A DNA stretch of 64,000 nucleotides from an uncultured Nitrospiraceae bacterium. Its GTDB lineage: Bacteria > Nitrospirota > Nitrospiria > Nitrospirales > Nitrospiraceae. This document shows positions 57,427 through 64,000 of the stretch, piece after piece; the first letter of the stretch is position 1; every line of letters begins with the position of its first letter. The notes below the pieces were generated by a model. It was not told where the DNA came from, did no database searches, and was given only the letters and a program-made list of their open reading frames with translations. A program made the translations under genes and the position numbers. The stretch lies in assembly GCA_963846575.1 (NCBI GenBank), contig CAWJWJ010000002.1, forward strand, positions 2,592,001 through 2,656,000. The letters run 5' to 3'.

Positions 57427-58587
57427 ATGTTTGAGCGACATCTACGACAACTAGAGGATCGGCATCTGCTGCGCCACATTCGGACGCTCGCATCGGCCAC
57501 CGGACCGACGGTAAGCTTGGAGAGTCGCCAGGTCATACTCCTTTCCTCCAATAACTACCTTGGACTGGCCACCCACCCGAGCGTCGTGGAAGCAGCCGTT
57601 TCGGCCACCAGACAATATGGAGCAGGATCCGGCGCCTCACGCCTCGTCTGCGGTAGCCTCCCACCCCATGCGGAACTCGAAACAACCCTCGCCCGATTCA
57701 AAGGCACCGAAGCATCGCTTACGTTTGCCTCGGGTTACCTGGCTAACATCAGCGTCATTCCCACTCTAATTAGCAAAGGAGGCCTCATCTTTGCCGACCG
57801 GCTCTGTCACGCGAGCTTGATTGATGGCTGTCGATTGAGCGGGGCAACCTTTCGCGTCTACCGCCATAAAGACATGAATCACCTGGAACGATTGCTCCTT
57901 CGACGAGCTTCAGCCACACCCACGCTGATCGTGACTGACGGTATTTTCAGTATGGACGGGGACATTGCCCCGTTGACCGACATTGCCAGCTTAGCTGAAC
58001 GGTACGATGCGGCGGTTTTTGTGGACGATGCCCACGGAACGGGAATTTTGGGCCGAACCGGTAGAGGGAGCCTCGAACATTGCGACGTGGAATCCCGTAT
58101 CCCCTATCACATGGGAACTTTGAGCAAAGCACTCGGTAGTGCAGGGGCCTACCTCGCGGGTTCAAGCGAATTCGTCGCGTATCTTGTCAATACCTGCCGG
58201 GGGTTTACCTACACGACTGCGCCCACGCCCGCTTCCGCCGCTGCGGCCACCGCGGCGATCCGCGTAGTTGAGCATGAGCCGGAACGGCGCGCACGTTTGT
58301 GGCATAACCGCGAACGCCTGGCGCAAGGACTGACTCGGCTGGGCTACCGGATTACAGCATCGGAAAGTCCGATCCTTCCAATTCTCGTCGGTGATCCAGA
58401 TCGTGCCATGAGCCTGGCGCTGGCACTCTTGAATTACGGCGTCTACGCGCCTGCCATTCGCCCGCCTACCGTTCCCTCAGCCACCAGCCGGCTCCGACTC
58501 ACCATCACGGCCGACCACACGACGCAACAGATCGACGACGCCCTTGCTGCCCTCGAACAGGCTGGTCGAGCTCTGCACCTGATCTAG
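57427..58587 (+). CDS. bioF: 8-amino-7-oxononanoate synthase
   Basis: SSNNYLGL, GSGASRL, SGYLAN, HASLIDG, FSMDGD, DDAHG, GTLSKA and AIRPPTVP motifs. Confidence 0.93.
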   Translation: MFERHLRQLEDRHLLRHIRTLASATGPTVSLESRQVILLSSNNYLGLATHPSVVEAAVSATRQYGAGSGASRLVCGSLPPHAELETTLARFKGTEASLTFASGYLANISVIPTLISKGGLIFADRLCHASLIDGCRLSGATFRVYRHKDMNHLERLLLRRASATPTLIVTDGIFSMDGDIAPLTDIASLAERYDAAVFVDDAHGTGILGRTGRGSLEHCDVESRIPYHMGTLSKALGSAGAYLAGSSEFVAYLVNTCRGFTYTTAPTPASAAAATAAIRVVEHEPERRARLWHNRERLAQGLTRLGYRITASESPILPILVGDPDRAMSLALALLNYGVYAPAIRPPTVPSATSRLRLTITADHTTQQIDDALAALEQAGRALHLI

Positions 58588-58766
58588 TCCGGTGCCGCAG
58601 GGCTCTCCTCTCCGGTCTTTGGCATCGAGATACTCCTCGCGTCCCTTGTGGATATTTTCTTGATTTCCCACCCCCCTATGGCATGATCCAAGAGGTCGGA
58701 GAGCCATGCCCTTTTTTATAATCTTGCTCATTTATCCGCCGTACTCTCAGAGCAGGGAGTGATTCG

Positions 58767-59828
58767 ATGATCGACATTTCCAAATTATTGACGTTTGGCG
58801 TTCAGCAGGGCGCTTCGGACTGCCACATCAGCGCAGGCGAACCACCCATGATCCGGCTACATGGAGATCTCAAAAAACTCGACCATCCGCCTTTGAGCCA
58901 GGACGAAACTCACGCGCTTATTTACGACATGATGAGCGACGCTCAGCGGAAAAACTTCGAAGAACACCGGGAGTGTGACTTCTCGTTCGACCTGGGAGAC
59001 ATTGCCCGATTCCGGGTTAACGTGTTCGTGCAAGGCCGTGGATTAGGCGCCGTCTTCCGGACCATTCCGACTGAAATTCTCCCCATTGAAAAGCTTGGTA
59101 TGCCGCCTATCCTTCGGCAGCTCTGCGATCGTGAGAAGGGCCTGATCCTGGTGACCGGCCCGACTGGGTCCGGAAAATCTACCACTCTCGCGGGCATGAT
59201 CGATTATCTGAATAACACCTACGAAGGGCACATCCTCACGATCGAAGATCCTGTAGAGTTTGTGCACAAATCCAAGAAGTGCCTCGTCAACCAACGAGAG
59301 CTGGGCGTGCATACCTTGTCCTTTGCGAATGCGCTACGCGCGGCGCTTCGCGAGGATCCCGATATTATCCTCGTAGGTGAAATGCGGGACCTGGATACGA
59401 TTCAACTGGCCCTGACCGCGGCCGAAACTGGCCATTTAGTCTTCGCAACCTTGCATACATCCAGCGCACCGAAAACCGTCGACCGTATTATCGACGCCTT
59501 CCCTCCGAATCAGCAGGCCCAAGTCCGCGCCCAGCTGGCAGAAACGCTGGAAGCAGTGTTGACTCAAACGCTCCTCAAGAAGAAAAGCGGTGGCCGCATC
59601 GCAGCCGTAGAAATTATGGTCGGGACTACAGCCGTCAGGAATCTAATCCGGGAGGGTAAGCTTCACCAGATTCCGGGCGTCATGCAGGCCAGCCAGAAGG
59701 ACGGCATGCAGACCATGGACATGGCCCTGATGGAATTAGCTTCGCGTGGCCTGGTGACGAAGGCTGAGGCCCAGTCACGAAGCATGACCGCCAATCTGTT
59801 TGCCACCGCCGCTGGCGGAGCCGCCTGA
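58767..59828 (+). CDS. pilT: Type IV pilus retraction ATPase
   Basis: GPTGSGKSTT, TIEDPVE, LREDPD..GEMRD, AETGH..TLH and AVRNLIRE motifs. Confidence 0.95.
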   Translation: MIDISKLLTFGVQQGASDCHISAGEPPMIRLHGDLKKLDHPPLSQDETHALIYDMMSDAQRKNFEEHRECDFSFDLGDIARFRVNVFVQGRGLGAVFRTIPTEILPIEKLGMPPILRQLCDREKGLILVTGPTGSGKSTTLAGMIDYLNNTYEGHILTIEDPVEFVHKSKKCLVNQRELGVHTLSFANALRAALREDPDIILVGEMRDLDTIQLALTAAETGHLVFATLHTSSAPKTVDRIIDAFPPNQQAQVRAQLAETLEAVLTQTLLKKKSGGRIAAVEIMVGTTAVRNLIREGKLHQIPGVMQASQKDGMQTMDMALMELASRGLVTKAEAQSRSMTANLFATAAGGAA

Positions 59829-59881
59829 ACGCTTGTTCCTTATTAGTTACGCACTCGCAGATCACATAACAAAGGCAGATC

Positions 59882-61045
59882 ATGGAGATTCGTACGCTTC
59901 TCGAGGTCATGGTCAAACAGGAATCCTCGGATCTGTATCTCACCGTCGACGCCCCTCCCATATATCGTATCCACGGGTCCACACATCGAACGGACGCGCC
60001 GCCCTTTACGAACGAGCAGCTGGAGTCGGTTGCACTCGCACTTATGCGTGGCCAGCAACGCGGCGAGTTCGAAGAAAAAATGGAGATGAATCTTGCGCTG
60101 TACTACAAGGAATTGGGTCGATTTCGTGTGAACATCTTCCGCCAGAAAGGAAACGTCGGGCTAGTCTTTCGACACATCAAAGCGGAGATCATGACCGTCG
60201 AGCAACTGGACCTGCCGCCCATTGTAAAAGATATTGCCATGACCAAACGGGGTCTGGTGCTCGTCGTAGGAGCAACAGGCTCGGGAAAATCCACCACACT
60301 GGCCGCGATGGTTGACCATCGCAACACCGTGCATGCCGGACACATCATCAGCGTGGAAGATCCGATCGAATTCGTCCATCATCATAAAAAATCCATCGTG
60401 ACGCAGCGCGAAGTGGGTTTTGATACCCACTCCTTCGGTCACGCGCTGAGAAACACCCTGCGCCAGGCCCCGGATGTCATTCTCATCGGCGAAATCCGCG
60501 ATACGGAGACAATGGAAGCCGCGATTACCTTTGCCGAGACCGGACACCTCTGTCTCGGCACCCTACACTCGAATAATGCCAACCAGGCCATCGAACGCAT
60601 CATGAACTTTTTCCCGGTGGAGCGGCACCCACAAATCTATCTGCAACTGTCCTTGAATCTGCGCGCCATCATATCGCAACGGCTGATTCCTTCCCTTGAC
60701 GGACGTCGGGTGCCGGCCCTCGAAATTATGCTCGACACACCTCGAATCAAAGACCTGGTCAAACGTTCCGAAATCGACACGTTGAAAGAAGCAATGGATC
60801 AGGGCATCGACGAAGGCTGCCAGACGTTCGACTACGTCCTTTTGCAGTTGTATCAGGCAGGAAAGATCAGTATTGAGCAGGCCTTGATTAACGCGGACAG
60901 CGCCAATAACCTTCGCCTGAAGATCAAACTGGCAGGCCTCAAAGGGGACGACGCCGTGGCGGCCCTCCTGGACAAAAACGCGAGAAACGAAAAAACATTC
61001 CAGATTCAGGGGCAGATGGGCCAGCCTGGAAGCAGAAAGCGTTGA
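59882..61045 (+). CDS. pilU: Type IV pilus ATPase PilU
   Basis: GATGSGKSTT, TQREVG.DT, LRQAPDVILIGEIRD, HSNNANQA and QTFD..ADSANNL motifs; follows pilT. Confidence 0.92.
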   Translation: MEIRTLLEVMVKQESSDLYLTVDAPPIYRIHGSTHRTDAPPFTNEQLESVALALMRGQQRGEFEEKMEMNLALYYKELGRFRVNIFRQKGNVGLVFRHIKAEIMTVEQLDLPPIVKDIAMTKRGLVLVVGATGSGKSTTLAAMVDHRNTVHAGHIISVEDPIEFVHHHKKSIVTQREVGFDTHSFGHALRNTLRQAPDVILIGEIRDTETMEAAITFAETGHLCLGTLHSNNANQAIERIMNFFPVERHPQIYLQLSLNLRAIISQRLIPSLDGRRVPALEIMLDTPRIKDLVKRSEIDTLKEAMDQGIDEGCQTFDYVLLQLYQAGKISIEQALINADSANNLRLKIKLAGLKGDDAVAALLDKNARNEKTFQIQGQMGQPGSRKR

Positions 61046-61142
61046 TCGCTCCCCGCGCAAGACACCCTAGCGACCGGATAACGGCGCTCAGCTTCGCCCG
61101 CTCGTAGCCGAAGGCTGGTACTACGTCCCGCAGCCTCCGCGA

Positions 61143-61643
61143 CTATTGCCCGGTGGCTTCTTCCAGGTACGAAACGATTTTCTCCAACGCAGACGCGCTC
61201 AACTTTCGTCCATACCAGACGGGCATGGTGTTGGCCGGAAACCCCGGCACGACATAGACCCCGGGAGACATAATTGACTCGACAATGTACTCGCGTACCG
61301 TCTTCGCCTCCCCATGATACTGCGGATCAGCCAGACGCATGGCACCCGTCTTCCCAAGCCAGAGCGGAGGCCCCACCTGTCCCTGAGCCCCCGCAATACC
61401 GGGAACCTGATGACAGACCGGGCAACCGGCACGAACGAACAACTCCTGTATTGGCTCCTCACCAGTCACCAACGGCACCATATTAAAATCTACGTGCTGC
61501 AATTGCTGGCGCGATTCGGATTGCATGGCATTCCGGATTCCGACCAAGGCTACCAGCAATACAAATACGGTCGCCAGCAATCCCAACGCCTTATTTCGCT
61601 GCTTCGTTAGTGGAGCGGATGGCGGAGAGGACACATCAGACAT
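61143..61643 (-). CDS. Membrane-anchored monoheme c-type cytochrome
   Basis: TM helix, CPVCH heme-binding motif, GPPL, YIVESI..P and a distal MP (candidate axial Met). The start is uncertain (the ORF opens at 61682). Confidence 0.78.
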   Translation of the reverse strand: MSDVSSPPSAPLTKQRNKALGLLATVFVLLVALVGIRNAMQSESRQQLQHVDFNMVPLVTGEEPIQELFVRAGCPVCHQVPGIAGAQGQVGPPLWLGKTGAMRLADPQYHGEAKTVREYIVESIMSPGVYVVPGFPANTMPVWYGRKLSASALEKIVSYLEEATGQ

Positions 61644-61750
61644 AGCGAAGTCGTGCAGAACTGATAGAGGAACCAGTGACAAGCAGCCTTACACATCCAT
61701 CTCGGAGGGGCTTATGGCGAGCGATTAGTAATCTGGCAGCGAAGGCTGCG

Positions 61751-62632
61751 TTACTTCTTAGCATCCATGGCGCACCGAAACCCAATCGTCCGATCTTGAT
61801 ACTCGGGTTCCGCAGACATGCGTGCTGACACTCTGAGCGCAACAGGAAGGTCCGCCCACGATCCTCCTCGAATCACTCGCTTGTCACCCGTCGAAGGCCC
61901 CGGGGGATTTTTGTCCGGACTATTTGCAAAATACTCACGATCATACCAATCGGCTACCCATTCGGCCGCATTGCCCGCCATGTGGTGCAGCCCATAGGGG
62001 CTTCTGCCTCCCTCTTTCAGCCCATGACGAACACTCATTCCTTCCACCCCGCCTGCAACATCCACCAACGTAATCGCTTCGCTCACCCAGACACCACGGT
62101 TGTAGTTGGCAATATCCACAAACGGCTGCATGTGTCCCCACGGATACCGGCGTCCGTCGGTGCCGCGCGCAGCTTTTTCCCATTCGGCCTCCGTTGGCAG
62201 CCGCTTTCCGGCCCAGGCACAATAGGCTGCAGCATCGGCCCACCCCATGCCTACAGCCGGGCGATCGCCGACGACAGTTGCGGCTTCATCATCCCACGTG
62301 GAGGGCGAATCATGCTGCGCTTCCACAAGAAACTTGCGATACAACTGCATGGAGACTTCGTACTGATCGATGAGATAGGGATCAAGGCTGATCGAATGCT
62401 CAGGTCGTTCGGCGGGAAGGCCATCATTGCTGCCCATTGTAAACGGCCCGGCTGGAATCAAGATCATCGGGGCGCCATCCTTCCCTTGGATGGGCTCGGC
62501 TGCTGTGATCTGCCCCGTTCCCAGCGGTGGGGACTCGACCGCCCACACCGAGATAATCCCGCTGATCATGAAGACGAACGCCGAGACAAATACGACAAGT
62601 GCATGCATACACACCTCCAGCCGGATCCACAC
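61751..62632 (-). CDS. Formylglycine-generating enzyme (SUMF1/FGE-sulfatase) fold protein, exported
   Basis: FTMGS, P.H, YEV, RLPTEAEWEKAARG, YPWG, MAGNAAEW, RGGSW and GFRC motifs. Confidence 0.88.
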   Translation of the reverse strand: MWIRLEVCMHALVVFVSAFVFMISGIISVWAVESPPLGTGQITAAEPIQGKDGAPMILIPAGPFTMGSNDGLPAERPEHSISLDPYLIDQYEVSMQLYRKFLVEAQHDSPSTWDDEAATVVGDRPAVGMGWADAAAYCAWAGKRLPTEAEWEKAARGTDGRRYPWGHMQPFVDIANYNRGVWVSEAITLVDVAGGVEGMSVRHGLKEGGRSPYGLHHMAGNAAEWVADWYDREYFANSPDKNPPGPSTGDKRVIRGGSWADLPVALRVSARMSAEPEYQDRTIGFRCAMDAKK

Positions 62633-62777
62633 TCACAGTCTACCATGCTCTATCAGCGCCCGAAGTGTAGCCGCCAACCCGAGCAAACTCAACTGAAAGC
62701 CCGGAAAGACACTGCCCGTATCAGTGGTGAATGATCGCAGTTAATGGAGAATACAGAGGAGCGGGGCCCTGAAACGA

Positions 62778-62810
62778 CACCGGCCGGCATTCTGGTGATG
62801 CCGGCCGGTG
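62778..62810 (-). terminator. Strong stem-loop downstream of the 62835-63329 gene
   Basis: caccggccggcat-tctggtg-atgccggccggtg forms a perfect 13-bp stem; the U-tract is weak. Confidence 0.55.
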
Positions 62811-62834
62811 GGGAGAGAGATGAACGACTGAGAG

Positions 62835-63329
62835 CTATCGATTGAGCTCTGCCACGCGACGGTCGTGCTCTTTAGCACTTCGAGCAGTCATAAGGTCAGA
62901 CCGGTCCAGGAGGTTGCGCAAGACCTCCTGCTTGAGTTGAACCAGCAACGCTTTACTGTAAATGGAGGAAGGCGCAGTATCCTGCAGGAGGTTCAGCCAG
63001 CCCGTGGTCGCTGCATCGTAGCGACTATTCGGCATGGTCGTATGCAACTCTTGAAACACCGTAATCGCATCCGCTCGATTCTCGAACAGCGCGACCAGGC
63101 CTCGAGTGTAGTACGCGTCCTCACAACCTGGCCCCTTATGGCAACTCTTCATGCGGGAGTCCTGCGCATGGGCAATTGCCTGAAGCGGCTTCAAATCATT
63201 CGCATCGACAGGGAAAAAGGCACTGCTGGGTAACGTCGTTGAGGACCCGACCTTCATTATCGAGCAACCTTCAATACCCCCCATCAAGAGCGTTCCCACA
63301 GTGAGACAGAGAAGCGTTTGTTGCAACAT
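62835..63329 (-). CDS. Hypothetical lipoprotein with a TPR-like helix pair
   Basis: GGAGG RBS; signal ending IEGC; AYYTRGL...F..L...P.S segment. Confidence 0.6.
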   Translation of the reverse strand: MLQQTLLCLTVGTLLMGGIEGCSIMKVGSSTTLPSSAFFPVDANDLKPLQAIAHAQDSRMKSCHKGPGCEDAYYTRGLVALFENRADAITVFQELHTTMPNSRYDAATTGWLNLLQDTAPSSIYSKALLVQLKQEVLRNLLDRSDLMTARSAKEHDRRVAELNR

Positions 63330-63574
63330 CGTATCCTCCTAGCAGACAGGCTGGCTTGTGTCTGAGCATCGCGTTCAAGTGATGTTCCAACTCTACCATT
63401 GAACCTTCGCCCAGCCATTCCACGGAGGATGTACCTCGTCGGTACTGCGTCTAACTACAGCGGTTCCCCGCCACAGACACACTCTCCAGACTGCTGTCGC
63501 TTTCTGAGGAGAATGGATTGAGTTGTGTCCAATCGGACTGTGCGGGCATTGGAGAATCAAGGCATTAGGTTTTA

Positions 63575-64000
63575 TTATTGCCAGCTTGCGGCAATAATCT
63601 GCTGCACATCTTGGGGACGCTGGGCCACCCCTTGCTCCCACGTTAGCCCTGTCTGCTGGGTAAACCCTGCCATGGCCTGGATCAATTGATTCACCTGCGT
63701 ATTAATTAATTGCTGGCCATTGCCGGCTTGTACCGTTTCAATTTGGTGGGTGGTACCACTATACCAGTCGAGGAGCGTTACCTGATCGGTGGAACCGTGA
63801 AGTGCGATGGAGAGGTCATTTGCATTTCGACTTAGCATGAGATCTAGCGGGTTGATGCCCGAACCAAAGTGCATCCGATCGCTTGTCCCACTGGCGTCGG
63901 TGACAACATCCCGACCATCTCCGCGAGCGAATTGGAAGACATCGTTTCCTGTTCCACCATTGAGCGCATCATTCCCCAATCCGCCTGTAATCGTATCGTT
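63575..64000 (-). CDS. C-terminus of an RTX/hemolysin-type calcium-binding protein (5'-truncated by the window edge)
   Basis: The frame is open from 64000. It has nonapeptide repeats ITGGLGNDAL and NGGTGNDVF, then F.RGDG.D and a T1SS-substrate-like tail (VNQLIQAMAGF...AASWQ). Confidence 0.88.
   Translation of the reverse strand, partial: NDTITGGLGNDALNGGTGNDVFQFARGDGRDVVTDASGTSDRMHFGSGINPLDLMLSRNANDLSIALHGSTDQVTLLDWYSGTTHQIETVQAGNGQQLINTQVNQLIQAMAGFTQQTGLTWEQGVAQRPQDVQQIIAASWQ

Noticed and set aside
61751..62632. FGE/C-type-lectin protein as a diversity-generating retroelement target
   Set aside because: No reverse transcriptase and no second copy (template repeat) of its 3' end is visible in the window.
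63374..63391. Possible sigma54 promoter (minus strand TTGGAACATCACTTGAA) for the 62835-63329 gene
   Set aside because: The -12 element is GA rather than GC, too weak to call.

Overview
This is a gene-dense bacterial chromosomal window with no rRNA, tRNA, CRISPR array, integrase or transposase that I could see. The gene repertoire resembles Nitrospira (Nitrospirota); this is an impression and was not tested. From left to right: (1) a ligase-associated DNA repair operon (ATP-dependent ligase with an apparent +1 frameshift near its 3' end, Lhr-core helicase, PdeM) followed by ogt; (2) a CUT1 sugar ABC importer, a DnaJ-class chaperone, MarC, a His/Met-rich Spy-like protein, a PepSY protein, ilvD and ppk1; (3) a minus-strand surface-glycan and type IV pilin locus of about 26 kb; (4) a housekeeping block (TPR lipoprotein, dnaB, hisZ, serA, class V aminotransferase, mltD, bioF), pilT-pilU, a monoheme cytochrome c, an FGE-fold protein and the 3' end of an RTX protein. 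The pilin-glycan locus has two paralogous pilins, each behind its own sigma54 promoter, then an O-antigen-ligase/TPR protein, a PilGHI/Xap-like ABC module, Wzm/Wzt, four methyltransferases, a three-domain glycosyltransferase, AsnB, WecA, a eukaryotic-type UGM-like flavoprotein, a DegT aminotransferase and a dehydrogenase-epimerase fusion. It is the most interesting candidate system. The pilin next to the ligase-like gene ends in Ser, the TfpO/PilO acceptor pattern, while its separately promoted paralogue ends in Asp. This suggests pilin glycosylation with an ABC-exported, methyl-capped glycan and possibly switchable pili. That function is inferred, not shown.
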